64,000 bases of DNA from a bacterium. GTDB lineage: Bacteria > Patescibacteriota > Minisyncoccia > Phycocordibacterales > UBA6899. The stretch covers positions 10,242-74,241 of the forward strand of contig JAYTWK010000055.1 of the NCBI GenBank assembly GCA_043743715.1. The letters are read 5' to 3'. Numbering within the stretch: the stretch's first letter is position 1; each line of letters begins with the position of its first letter. The notes beneath the pieces are model-generated. The model was given only the letters and a program-made list of their open reading frames with translations. It was not told the origin of the DNA and searched no databases. Positions 54,801-63,995 of the stretch are shown here, in pieces. A program made the position numbers and the translations under genes.

Positions 54801-55649
54801 CTACTCGTCGCCGTAGACCTCACGCAGGACTTGCAGGCTTTTTCCAGTATCACGAAGCATCTTATTGTTCTTCCGAACAATCGCATCAAGAAGCGCGATT
54901 CCTTCTGTGTCATCCGGTAGACGTTCCACATATGATTCAACCATTGCAGCAAAATCCTTTATGAAACAACTACCTCCTGCACCGCGCCCATCTTTGTGGA
55001 TCGGATCAAGATATTTCTCGGGAAACCAGGGATTGTGCAGGATAGCTTCCTTCACCGACTCCCACTTAACGCCATGCGCATGCGCGAGATCGTACAGAAG
55101 ATTGGTGTAGACAATCATCATCACCCCCATGGTGTTATGTGTATATTTGATGAACTCGGCGTCGACGGCAGAAACCTTCATGACGTGTTTCGCTTTTGGG
55201 AATATCTCTTCGACGAGCTGTGCTGCTTCATGATGAGCGCGGGTATCGCCTGCAAGCCCGATAATATTGCGTGAGGGCCGATCGACATCCTCGCGCGCAT
55301 ATGCCTCACGTAGGAATTCCGGGACATGAAGGATGGTGAGGTGCGGATGCTCTTCCTGGAGCCGAGCCGTCGTTCCCTTCTGCACGGTAGATTTGATCAC
55401 CACCGTCTGTCCTTTCGAAAGAATAGTGAGCGCATCACGCACATAACTGTCGTCAAACGCACCGTCTACCGATGGGGTTGGTACCGCAATGATCACCAGA
55501 TCCGATTCCTGGATCCTCGATTTATTTTCGATATGCATAGGGTCAAGACTGTAGCGAATGACTTTGAAACCGCGGTCCTCAAAATTGTCGGCATAATTCT
55601 TTCCGACATACCCCTGACCGATGACACCGATGACAGGTTTAGTGTTCAT
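54801..55649 (-). CDS. UDP-glucose/GDP-mannose dehydrogenase-family protein lacking the C-terminal UDP-binding domain (paralog 1).
   Basis: The ORF is open to 55685. The likely start is MNTKPVIGVIGQGYVGK at 55649, overlapping the upstream paralog by 4 bp. Motifs IIAVPTP, VPEFLREAYAREDVDRPSRNIIG and the catalytic-Cys motif GAGGSCFIKD. Only ~35 aa follow the Cys motif. Confidence 0.55.
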   Translation of the reverse strand: MNTKPVIGVIGQGYVGKNYADNFEDRGFKVIRYSLDPMHIENKSRIQESDLVIIAVPTPSVDGAFDDSYVRDALTILSKGQTVVIKSTVQKGTTARLQEEHPHLTILHVPEFLREAYAREDVDRPSRNIIGLAGDTRAHHEAAQLVEEIFPKAKHVMKVSAVDAEFIKYTHNTMGVMMIVYTNLLYDLAHAHGVKWESVKEAILHNPWFPEKYLDPIHKDGRGAGGSCFIKDFAAMVESYVERLPDDTEGIALLDAIVRKNNKMLRDTGKSLQVLREVYGDE

Positions 55650-56656
55650 GATGATACGGTTTCTTGCGACATCTTGCACACACAAGTGGCTCCCTTGTCG
55701 TTCACCTTACACACACAGAGTACTTCATCACCGTAGACACTCTCAAGAAGGTCGAGGTCTTTGTGGGTGGAGCGCAGCAGGTAATTGTTTGTCGCTTCAA
55801 ACGAGCGCAGTAAGGAATGCGCATGCGTATCCTCCGGGAACACTTCTTCATAATGAAGACGCAACGCCGCGAAGTCCTTGATGAAGCAGTGCCCACCCGC
55901 GCCCCGCCCCGCGATCTTCCCCATATGCGTATGCTGATGCACCGGAAGCATGTGCGAAGCACCGATGCGCGAGTCGGCGCTCATGTTCCTTGCAATGATA
56001 TCCCAGTTTGCTCCGTGGTGCCGCGCGAGGTCATAGAGCGTGTTCATGTATACCACTTTCATATAGAGAAAATTGTTGCCGCCGTACTTGGTGAGCTCGG
56101 CCTCAGGCGCGCTGCAGATTACCTTGTACGGTGCGGGCGGAAGCACCGAGAGCACCTCCTCTGCGCGCGCTCTCCACTTAAGATCGTCGACGTACTTGCT
56201 CGGAATGCCGATAATATTACGCTCAGGCTCTGCAATATCCTTCTTGACCGAAGTCTCGCGCAAAAATTCCGGAGCATGCATGACGAATACTCCCGGATTC
56301 TCCGCTGCAATACGGTCAGTGGTACCGGGAATGATAGTCGATTTAATCACCACCGTCTGTCCGGGGCTCGTGTGCTTCATCGCCTGACGCAGGATGCTAT
56401 CATCGAAGCCTTCGGGTGTGGTCGGGGTCGGGACCGCAACGAAAATGATGTCTGCTTCTTTGAGCAACTCTTTGTTTTTGTTGTATGGCTCCTCATGCGC
56501 AAAGCGGATAGTAGAATGACCGCGCTCTTCGAAGTTGTCCGCAAGGTTTTTGCCGATCCATCCCTGTCCAATGAACCCAAGAGACAGTTTCTTGCTTGTA
56601 TTCATAGTATCCATAACTGCACATGCTCTCAAATTGTCGCACAACCCTCTATGCAT
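55646..56656 (-). CDS. UDP-glucose/GDP-mannose dehydrogenase-family protein lacking the C-terminal UDP-binding domain (paralog 2), with a Cys-rich tail.
   Basis: 336 aa. LGFIGQGWIGKN, FVAVPTPT, APEFLRETSVKKDIAEPERNIIG, GAGGHCFIKD. C-terminal tail CVCKVNDKGATCVCK. Confidence 0.55.
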   Translation of the reverse strand: MHRGLCDNLRACAVMDTMNTSKKLSLGFIGQGWIGKNLADNFEERGHSTIRFAHEEPYNKNKELLKEADIIFVAVPTPTTPEGFDDSILRQAMKHTSPGQTVVIKSTIIPGTTDRIAAENPGVFVMHAPEFLRETSVKKDIAEPERNIIGIPSKYVDDLKWRARAEEVLSVLPPAPYKVICSAPEAELTKYGGNNFLYMKVVYMNTLYDLARHHGANWDIIARNMSADSRIGASHMLPVHQHTHMGKIAGRGAGGHCFIKDFAALRLHYEEVFPEDTHAHSLLRSFEATNNYLLRSTHKDLDLLESVYGDEVLCVCKVNDKGATCVCKMSQETVSS

Positions 56657-57608
56657 CGTGCTTTTTCAGATGTGGCAAAAGATGCTCGACATGCCACTTG
56701 TATTGTTCGGCCAGCCCGTCTTCGAGTGATACTTTCGGAGTGAAGTCGAGAAGCAGCTGGGCTTTATCGATGATTGCCTCGGTCTCCTTTTGGTCGCCGT
56801 AACGTGGAGGACTCTTCACCAAGGGTGCCTTTTCGCCGACGATGCGTTCAATTATAGCGATGCCCTCGCCGGTGGTGTGCAGTTCGCGTGAACCGATATT
56901 GATAATCTCGCCTTGCGCTTTGTCTATTCTATCTAGCGCGCGAATGGTTGCATCAACGATGTCACTAACATAGGTAAAGCTACGCAGGTGTTTTTCGCTG
57001 CCTTCATGCAGCGGGAAGGTTTTCCCCGTCTTCATCGCATGGATGAGTTTATGGTACAGCTTCTCAGGCCTCTCGCGCGGGCCGAATACGGAGAACAGTC
57101 GTAATGCGGTGACCGGCAATTTATTGCTACGATATTTGGAAAGTGCGAGCTGCTCTGCCGCAAGCTTGGTCACCCCGTAGGGTGAGGTCGGCTTCGGGGC
57201 TACCTCTTCACTACCGCGCGCTGAAACTCCGTACACTGACGAAGTCGAGATGTGAACGAATGCAGAGAGCTTCGGGAGCGTGAGCGCATACGTGAGGAGT
57301 GCGTGTGTGGCAGAAATATTATTCTGCACATAGTGATCGAATTTGGTGCCCTGTGAGATGCCTGGCTGCGCCGCGAAGTGGAGGATCGCGTCAACATCCC
57401 CGAAGGTAGCAAAGTCGTGTGTATTGATGTCACTGATGACAACTGCGCCACCCTTCGCCTTCACATCACTCAAATTCAATTCTTTGATGCGAGGGTCGTA
57501 GTACGGGTCGAGATTGTCGATACCAATAACCTTATCGCCGCGAAGTAAAAGCGCCTCCGCAACATGAGAGCCGATTGCCCCACCGATACCTGTAATGAGC
57601 ACTTTCAT
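56649..57608 (-). CDS. NAD-dependent epimerase/dehydratase (extended SDR), e.g. UDP-hexose or UDP-uronate 4-epimerase.
   Basis: 319 aa. MKVLITGIGGAIGSHVAE. Catalytic YGVTKLAAE (YxxxK). Confidence 0.8.
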   Translation of the reverse strand: MKVLITGIGGAIGSHVAEALLLRGDKVIGIDNLDPYYDPRIKELNLSDVKAKGGAVVISDINTHDFATFGDVDAILHFAAQPGISQGTKFDHYVQNNISATHALLTYALTLPKLSAFVHISTSSVYGVSARGSEEVAPKPTSPYGVTKLAAEQLALSKYRSNKLPVTALRLFSVFGPRERPEKLYHKLIHAMKTGKTFPLHEGSEKHLRSFTYVSDIVDATIRALDRIDKAQGEIINIGSRELHTTGEGIAIIERIVGEKAPLVKSPPRYGDQKETEAIIDKAQLLLDFTPKVSLEDGLAEQYKWHVEHLLPHLKKHDA

Positions 57609-57615
57609 AGATGTA

Positions 57616-58662
57616 TCATCCTAAGAGCTGGAGTATCGTTTTAGCTAATTTTTCAGAGTCGTGGCGGATGAGGGTGCGGCGTAGGAGGTCAACCTTTGGG
57701 ACATTGGCGAGACCGTCAGAAAGCAAGTTCGTACCGATGAGCTCAAAATCACCCTTCAGACACTCAGCGCTGCAGACGACCGGCTCCCCTTCATCGGCAT
57801 ACTTGTGAATGAGCCGTGACGGAGCTTTCTTATTGTTGTAGATGACGACATCAAACACGCCCGTCGTATTTTTCCTCTTATCTTTTCCTTTGGGTCGGCC
57901 TATATATTTCTCCAGTACTTTTACATAATCCGAAACGACGAAATTGTCGGTATGACCCTGCTGACTCATGAGATTGGTGACGTATACTTTCTTGGCTTTT
58001 GAAGCAATGAATGCCTTCCCAACCCCTCTGACCAAGAAGTTTGGCAGGACTGATGTGTAGAGCTTGCCGGGACCAACGACGATGAGGTCGGCTTCTTTTA
58101 TCGCCCGCAGCGCTTTCGGATTTGCTTTGGCCTTCGGAGTAAGAAAAATTTTCTTAATGCCATATTTCGAAACCAATTGGTAATCCATGAAAGCGCTTTC
58201 ACCCAAGAGAACTTTACCGTTCTTGAGCTCGGCATTCAAGGCTATCTTATCGAGCGTCACCGGTATAACGCGCCCGCGAATATTCAAAATTTTGGAAGCG
58301 ACGTCGAGCGCGCTATCAAGGTTTCCGGTCACTTGCTCGAGGGTCGAGATGAAGATATTGCCGAAACTGTGGCCCTTCAAGTCGCCGCGGTCGAAGCGGT
58401 GGTTAAACAACTGGCGCATCACCATATCGGCATCGGAAAGCGCCACAAGACACTGACGCAGATCCCCCGGCGGAAGCACCCCGAATTCGTCGCGCAAGCG
58501 GCCGGTCGAGCCACCGTCGTCCGCCATGGTAACGATTGCTGTGAGGTCCAGAGGGTAATGCTTGAGCCCAGAGAGGACGGTAAAGGTACCAGTGCCTCCG
58601 CCGATCACGACGACCTTTTTATGTTTTTCTCCGGGATCCTTTTCGGGGTGTATTTGTTCCAT
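57616..58662 (-). CDS. CofD/YvcK (UPF0052, gluconeogenesis-factor/LPPG transferase-like) family protein.
   Basis: 348 aa. N-terminal KKVVVIGGGTGTFTVLSGLK and TAIVTMADDGGSTGRLR. Confidence 0.75.
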   Translation of the reverse strand: MEQIHPEKDPGEKHKKVVVIGGGTGTFTVLSGLKHYPLDLTAIVTMADDGGSTGRLRDEFGVLPPGDLRQCLVALSDADMVMRQLFNHRFDRGDLKGHSFGNIFISTLEQVTGNLDSALDVASKILNIRGRVIPVTLDKIALNAELKNGKVLLGESAFMDYQLVSKYGIKKIFLTPKAKANPKALRAIKEADLIVVGPGKLYTSVLPNFLVRGVGKAFIASKAKKVYVTNLMSQQGHTDNFVVSDYVKVLEKYIGRPKGKDKRKNTTGVFDVVIYNNKKAPSRLIHKYADEGEPVVCSAECLKGDFELIGTNLLSDGLANVPKVDLLRRTLIRHDSEKLAKTILQLLG

Positions 58663-59893
58663 GTTTTTGTTTTACGGTCTTATTTGCTTTTTCTGTATGT
58701 TGCTCTGCCTGTTCTTCGTTTGGTTGCGTGCGTACTTCCATTACTTGGGCTGTCGGCACAACATGCGCGGCATATTCCCAGCTTTTCTTATATAACGCAA
58801 GGGTTTCTACTTTGGTCGCAAGCTGCCGGACGGCATCTTTCGCTTTCTCGCCGAGGCTCGCCCGTAGCACATCATCAGAAAGAAGTCTGAGCATCGCGCT
58901 CGCAAGGGTCTTTTCGTCCGTCGAGGGAACTACCACTCCACACTCACCATCGTGGAGTACCTCCCCCGCGAGTCCGACGTCCGTCATAATAACAGGAAGT
59001 CCTGAGGCCATCGCTTCGACCACCGCCATCCCCCATCCCTCGTACAAGGACGGCTGCACGTACAGGTCAGCATTCTTATAGTACGAAGCGACATCTCTCG
59101 CCCACGGCAGGAGTACCACCACGTCTTTAAGATCCAAAGAGTTCACAAGCGAAAGCAATCGCTCACGTTCGGGACCGGAGCCGATGATAAGCAGCATCGC
59201 GTCCGCCTTCGCACGATGCACCTCTCTGAACGCGCGGATCAGCTTGTTGTAATTTTTTTCCGGCACAAGCCTGCCGAGCGAAAGAATAATGCGCGGATAG
59301 AGCGGATACGACTTATGGAGATCAAATGAGGGCTTGGCAGTAATGAAATGTTCTACATCAACAAAAATGGGGATAACGGCTATCTTCTCCGGCGGCACAC
59401 CAAGCGCAAGCACGTTCCTTTTCACTCTCTCTGAGACCACACGAATGCCGTCTGCGCGGGTAAGTAGAAATGATGCGATGAAAAATTCGAGCTTGTTACG
59501 CAAGCGCTCGCTTTGCCATGCGGCGCTCCACGGATCGGTATGCAATTGTAGCTGGAGCGGAAGCGCAAATTTTTTCGCCAGCAGATATCCAATCGCACCA
59601 ACGAGGAACGGGTCTTGCGCGCTCACGAGCCACGTATCGTTCAGATGTCTTTCTGCTAAGATCCTCTTCCCGAGTGCATAAGCATCGGGAAGGTATGCAA
59701 ACTTATTTTTCGAACTTGTCGAGTGAAGCGTGAGCGATGGACTCACCTCTTGCAGAGTAAAAGCACTACCCGAAGGAGCAAGTACAATGACGTGTATATG
59801 GTTAACGAGTGCCGCCTGCTCGATGAGGCGGGTACGTACAGGCGAATCGGCTTCGAACAGTGCCCTGTCGGTTGAGAACATCAGTAGTTTCAT
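58619..59893 (-). CDS. GT4-family glycosyltransferase with a Lys/Glu-rich C-terminal tail.
   Basis: 424 aa. GRLVPEKNYNKLIRAF, EGWGMAVVEAMASGLPVIMTD. Tail ...EQAEQHTEKANKTVKQKHGTNTPRKGSRRKT. Confidence 0.75.
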   Translation of the reverse strand: MKLLMFSTDRALFEADSPVRTRLIEQAALVNHIHVIVLAPSGSAFTLQEVSPSLTLHSTSSKNKFAYLPDAYALGKRILAERHLNDTWLVSAQDPFLVGAIGYLLAKKFALPLQLQLHTDPWSAAWQSERLRNKLEFFIASFLLTRADGIRVVSERVKRNVLALGVPPEKIAVIPIFVDVEHFITAKPSFDLHKSYPLYPRIILSLGRLVPEKNYNKLIRAFREVHRAKADAMLLIIGSGPERERLLSLVNSLDLKDVVVLLPWARDVASYYKNADLYVQPSLYEGWGMAVVEAMASGLPVIMTDVGLAGEVLHDGECGVVVPSTDEKTLASAMLRLLSDDVLRASLGEKAKDAVRQLATKVETLALYKKSWEYAAHVVPTAQVMEVRTQPNEEQAEQHTEKANKTVKQKHGTNTPRKGSRRKT

Positions 59894-61011
59894 GAGATGA
59901 CTTGCTTTAGTTCTTTTACAATATTGGTGATCATGCGTTCTTCGGTGAATGAAGAGACGAAGAAACCCGCTTCTTTTGCCATGTGCTGTGCAGCCTTGCT
60001 GTCCGAAAGCACCAGGAGAAGTCCTGCGGCAAGTGCAGCCTTGTCATTGTAGGCTGTAAGGATTCCCCGCTTACTTACTTGTTTATTTACCTCGAAAAGT
60101 TCAGTGTTTCCACCAACGGCGGTCGTCACCACCGGCGTCTCGAGCGCCATCGCTTCGAGAAGGAGGTGCGAGAGGCCTTCGTATCCGGTATTGAGCGCAA
60201 AACAGTCCGCCGCGCGGATGCGCTTCATGAGCGTGTCATGCTTCACCAAACCCAGGAACTTCACGAAGTTATATTCATGATTATTCGCGTACGCTACGTA
60301 TTCCGAATCATCCCCGCTTCCTGCTATCTCAAGTTGTACATCAGGAATATCTTTTTGAATAAGGGCAACGGCATCCATGAGTTTCTTAAATCCCTTCCAC
60401 GGTACGAATCTGCCAACCGAGATAATGGTCGGTCGGTCGATTCCCAACTCATGCCGCAAGTCCTTTTTCTCTTCCTTCGGAAGATTCGCTTTGAATGAAT
60501 TATAGACCACGACTATTTTTTTTGGTTCTATGCCCCAACTACTCACGATACCCTTTAGGTAATAACTTGGAGTAACCACCTTCGCAGAGTGACGCGCGAC
60601 TGCAGTTTGTAAAAATCGAAATAGCTTTACGAGCCATGGATAATCTTTGCGCTTTACGAATTCATCGAGATTTTCTTTGACTCCCGCACGTTGCGTGCCC
60701 TGCTCCCATGCGTAATCACCAACCATCTTCAGCACCAGGGGTTTTCCGGAAAGTTTCGAGACGATGTATGCGGGAACTCCGGCAGATACGAGATCGAGCG
60801 TGTAAATAAGATCAACGTCCTTCGCGAGCCGCCACAATGCAACAGTGTATCGCAAATGACTCACTATCTTCGGGTAATGTCTGAATTTACTGAACGAAAG
60901 AAGTGACACCTCGATTCCGGCTGATGGAAGTGCAATTTCAAGCGCCCGCGCATATGTCGCCGGTCCTCCATCGTCCGGCGGATATAGTGGGGTTGCAATG
61001 AGAATCTTCAT
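59890..61011 (-). CDS. GT4-family glycosyltransferase.
   Basis: 373 aa. N-terminal MKILIATPLYPPDDGGPATYA. C-terminal EGLSHLLLEAMALETPVVTTAVGG. Confidence 0.75.
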   Translation of the reverse strand: MKILIATPLYPPDDGGPATYARALEIALPSAGIEVSLLSFSKFRHYPKIVSHLRYTVALWRLAKDVDLIYTLDLVSAGVPAYIVSKLSGKPLVLKMVGDYAWEQGTQRAGVKENLDEFVKRKDYPWLVKLFRFLQTAVARHSAKVVTPSYYLKGIVSSWGIEPKKIVVVYNSFKANLPKEEKKDLRHELGIDRPTIISVGRFVPWKGFKKLMDAVALIQKDIPDVQLEIAGSGDDSEYVAYANNHEYNFVKFLGLVKHDTLMKRIRAADCFALNTGYEGLSHLLLEAMALETPVVTTAVGGNTELFEVNKQVSKRGILTAYNDKAALAAGLLLVLSDSKAAQHMAKEAGFFVSSFTEERMITNIVKELKQVIS

Positions 61012-61132
61012 CCCGTTAGAGATTAAGCAAATTAATAATGCTCATGGGGTAGCTCTTCATATTCACAGAAAAGGTGTTCATAGTGGTGGGTGTGCCGCGG
61101 AAGGGTGCTGCACACTTCCTATCTCTAACGGG
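61012..61132. repeat. 121-bp intergenic element with 12-bp terminal inverted repeats (copy 3 of 3).
   Basis: CCCGTTAGAGAT ... ATCTCTAACGGG. Contains GGAAGGGTGCTGCACACTTCC. Abuts the start codon of the GT4 gene (61009-61011). Confidence 0.7.
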
Positions 61133-61295
61133 ATTCATACGAATACCCACAGTCTAGCGCACCAAAAGGTGTCAGGAAAGGCTTGAAAACATGCTCAGGA
61201 ATGACGTCGTCGCTAATTTGACTTTTTAATAGAATGATGCTATTATGTATGTAGAGTCGCCGAATGTCTCGGTGAACTTAGCAAGGAGCATTTGA

Positions 61296-61892
61296 ATGAA
61301 AACGTTCCATGAAAATCCGACCACGAAGCTTTCGTGTGTCTTCATCAAGCCGGAAGAACTCTCTCTGGCATTCGATCGGCTCGTGTCGGTCTGCACCGAT
61401 GTCATCTTCGTCGACCAAGCCGGTCGCTTTGTCCTGGCCTATCGCAAGATTCACTCGGCCTACGGCTGGTGGTGGAAGGGCGGCTCGAAGCGCAAGGGTG
61501 AGACGGACGCGGAGTCACTCTCGCGTCTCATGAAGCGGGAAATCGGCTTCGTTCCCGAAAACATTTTCCCGCTCGACGTTGTCGACCACTATTGGGAGAC
61601 GCGCCAAGAAGCGCCCCAGGAGCACGGCAAGCATGATGAACTCCACGTCAACTACGTCGAGGTCGACGAAGAGACGATTGCGAAGATCAAGCTCGACCCG
61701 TCGGAGTACGATGCAGAGCGCGGCTTCATGCGCTACGACGGCAGTCAGGATGTGCGCTCAGTCATCACCGAGATGTTCCGTCGCTACCACGCGCTCAAGC
61801 AGCCTGAGGTGCGCACCGCACTTGAAATTGCGAACCAGACGCTCGCGAAATTCGGCCTCACTGCCACGCCTTTCGGCCTGACCTCGAACTGA
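61296..61892 (+). CDS. Hypothetical protein, possibly a degenerate Nudix-fold hydrolase (paralog 1).
   Basis: 198 aa. ...VLAYRKIHSAYGWWWKGGSKRKGETDAESLSRLMKREIGF loosely fits the Nudix box G-x5-E-x7-R...E.GF, with unusual Trp residues. A paralog lies immediately downstream. Confidence 0.35.
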   Translation: MKTFHENPTTKLSCVFIKPEELSLAFDRLVSVCTDVIFVDQAGRFVLAYRKIHSAYGWWWKGGSKRKGETDAESLSRLMKREIGFVPENIFPLDVVDHYWETRQEAPQEHGKHDELHVNYVEVDEETIAKIKLDPSEYDAERGFMRYDGSQDVRSVITEMFRRYHALKQPEVRTALEIANQTLAKFGLTATPFGLTSN

Positions 61893-61912
61893 AGGGACAT
61901 TCGGAAGCACAC

Positions 61913-61940
61913 AAGGGCTCGCCATGCGCGAGCCCTTTTT
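61913..61940 (+). terminator. Rho-independent terminator between the two Nudix-like paralogs.
   Basis: AAGGGCTCGC-catg-GCGAGCCCTT followed by TTTTT, 20 nt after the stop at 61892. Confidence 0.7.
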
Positions 61941-61968
61941 CATATAATTTTTTTGCTATACTAGAGAG

Positions 61969-62526
61969 ATGAACCCTGGATCACACGATGAACTTGAAGT
62001 GATACCTCACTTGGGAACGTTTCACGAAGATCCTCATCATCACATTGAACCTATCCGGCTCACCGACCACGAATACGCGCTCGCGACTCAGGCGCTGCTT
62101 GTCGTCTGTACTGATGTCGTTCTGGTTGATGAGGAGGGACGCTATGTCCTCGCCTACCGCAGGCATCCCGCTGCAGAAGGCTGGTGGTGGAAGGGTGGTT
62201 CATGGAAAGCTCAAGATACTCGCTCGGAATCGATTGCTCGGATACTCGAGCGTGAACTTGGATATGCTCCACGGAAAGTTGTCATGCTTGCGGTCTTTGA
62301 TCATTTCTGGAGCTTGCGTGGCGAAGTCCCTCATGATGCAGGGCGACATGATATTATCTTTCTTCACTACGTCGTTGTTGACGAGGCAACTATTGCAAAT
62401 ATGAAACTGGATGAACGCGAATATGAATCCGAGCGCGGCTTCATGCGCTACGACGGCTCACAGGAAGTGCGGCCGGTGGTGAAGGCGGCATACGAGCTCT
62501 ATATGAGTACGCGCAATGGGCACTAA
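61969..62526 (+). CDS. Hypothetical protein, Nudix-like (paralog 2).
   Basis: 185 aa. VLAYRRHPAAEGWWWKGGSWKAQD... and a shared C-terminal ERGFMRYDGSQ(D/E)VR block with paralog 1. Confidence 0.35.
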   Translation: MNPGSHDELEVIPHLGTFHEDPHHHIEPIRLTDHEYALATQALLVVCTDVVLVDEEGRYVLAYRRHPAAEGWWWKGGSWKAQDTRSESIARILERELGYAPRKVVMLAVFDHFWSLRGEVPHDAGRHDIIFLHYVVVDEATIANMKLDEREYESERGFMRYDGSQEVRPVVKAAYELYMSTRNGH

Positions 62527-62544
62527 ATCACAGTACCGAGGATA

Positions 62545-63540
62545 TTATTTACCAGTCCTTCGTCCCTTGATCCACTCTGCCGTTGGACCCAGTCCATTCT
62601 CAAGTGTGGTCTTTGGGGTCCAACCGATGAGCGCTGTAATCTTTGTGATATCAACCTCACGCCGGAGTGAGGTGTTGGCAGAAGTTTCGATCACCGTATG
62701 CGAGAACTCACGATCATCACCGAAGTGTTCCCAGATCAACTCGCCCAGCTCAAGGATGGAGTGGTGTGTTGCGTTGCCAATATTAAAGTCTTCATTGAGT
62801 ACACTTTCATCACCCTCGGCAGAGCGGATGACTATCTCGACAGTTGCCTCGACCGCATCATCGACATAGACGAATGCTCGGGTCGCTTCGGGGTCACCGA
62901 GAAATTCAAGTGGATATTGCCCGCTGAATACTTTTTCCAGCAGTGCGGGAATCACGTGAATGTCGCCGGGTGACGATCCCTTGGAATCCTCACCAGGTCC
63001 GTAGATATTGTGATAACGAATGATGGTGAACGGAAGTCCGTATTGCACCGCAAATGAACTACAGAAATATTCGCCAACGAGTTTTGAGAAAAAATATACA
63101 TTGGTGGGAGGTTTGATATCGGGGATATCTTTTTCGGTGTATGGAAATTTTGGCGGGTGCTGGAATACTCCTGAACTTGAAGAATATATGACCGAACCGA
63201 TTCCATTTTTGACCATTGCCGGATAGACCGCAGAATCGATGAGTGAGTTATTGGTAATGATGTCTGCCTGATGTTCATGCATGTAATTGAGCGGGCCAAT
63301 ATCTGCTGCCAAATGCAGGACGGTGTCGGCACCCCCGAGTGCGATCTCTGCCTCTTTAGGAATGCGCAGGTCATGGCATCGAAATTCCAGACCCGGCGGG
63401 AACGACATTCCGCGCTCTTCAGGACTTACGATATCAACGACAATGACTGGGTAGCCTCTCTTCTTAAGAGCAAGCGCGACACGGCTTCCTACATAGCCGG
63501 TACCGCCAGTGATGAGTATTGTTTTCTTTTGCGGGTTCAT
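62545..63540 (-). CDS. NAD-dependent epimerase/dehydratase (extended SDR), a candidate UDP-glucuronate 4-epimerase or decarboxylase.
   Basis: 331 aa. KTILITGGTGYVGSRV. Catalytic YFFSKLVGE (YxxxK). Overlaps the upstream UGDH gene by 4 bp. Confidence 0.8.
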   Translation of the reverse strand: MNPQKKTILITGGTGYVGSRVALALKKRGYPVIVVDIVSPEERGMSFPPGLEFRCHDLRIPKEAEIALGGADTVLHLAADIGPLNYMHEHQADIITNNSLIDSAVYPAMVKNGIGSVIYSSSSGVFQHPPKFPYTEKDIPDIKPPTNVYFFSKLVGEYFCSSFAVQYGLPFTIIRYHNIYGPGEDSKGSSPGDIHVIPALLEKVFSGQYPLEFLGDPEATRAFVYVDDAVEATVEIVIRSAEGDESVLNEDFNIGNATHHSILELGELIWEHFGDDREFSHTVIETSANTSLRREVDITKITALIGWTPKTTLENGLGPTAEWIKGRRTGK

Positions 63541-63995
63541 GTTGTTTTGAAAATGGAAGAATACCCAAGATTTGCATACGCGATACCTTCTCCTTCGATC
63601 ATCTCACGACGGTAATTATACATACCCCACGGGTCGATGAGCGCCTTATCCGGCTTCCCTTTCCAGGATAATGCGAGGTCGATGTTTTCGTAACGCGCAT
63701 TGCGGTGCATCAGAATGACGATATCTCCGTTTTCGGGAACCTCATGGAGTTCCTCTATCCTGCCAATCTTCCACTCGTCGAATACATCCGGAGCAACATG
63801 CGGATCATATCCACTGATACTCTCGTAGCCGCGTGACTGCAAAAGCTCTATGACATCATGTGATGGCGAACTGCGGACATCTGAGGTCGCCGGCCTCCCC
63901 TTGAATGCGAGACCCGCTACTACAATGTGCGGCTTGTCGGCATTTCCCGATTTGCGATGCATGGCATCAACGATATCTGCGACATGTGAGGGCAT
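63537..63995 (-). CDS. UDP-glucose/UDP-sugar 6-dehydrogenase, C-terminal (UDP-binding) part. The gene continues beyond the window edge.
   Basis: VAGLAFKGRPATSDVRSSPSHDVIELL matches the UDPG_MGDP_dh C-terminal motif (GLAFKxxTDDxRESP). The reading frame stays open upstream of the first Met through position 64000. Confidence 0.65.
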   Translation of the reverse strand: MPSHVADIVDAMHRKSGNADKPHIVVAGLAFKGRPATSDVRSSPSHDVIELLQSRGYESISGYDPHVAPDVFDEWKIGRIEELHEVPENGDIVILMHRNARYENIDLALSWKGKPDKALIDPWGMYNYRREMIEGEGIAYANLGYSSIFKTT

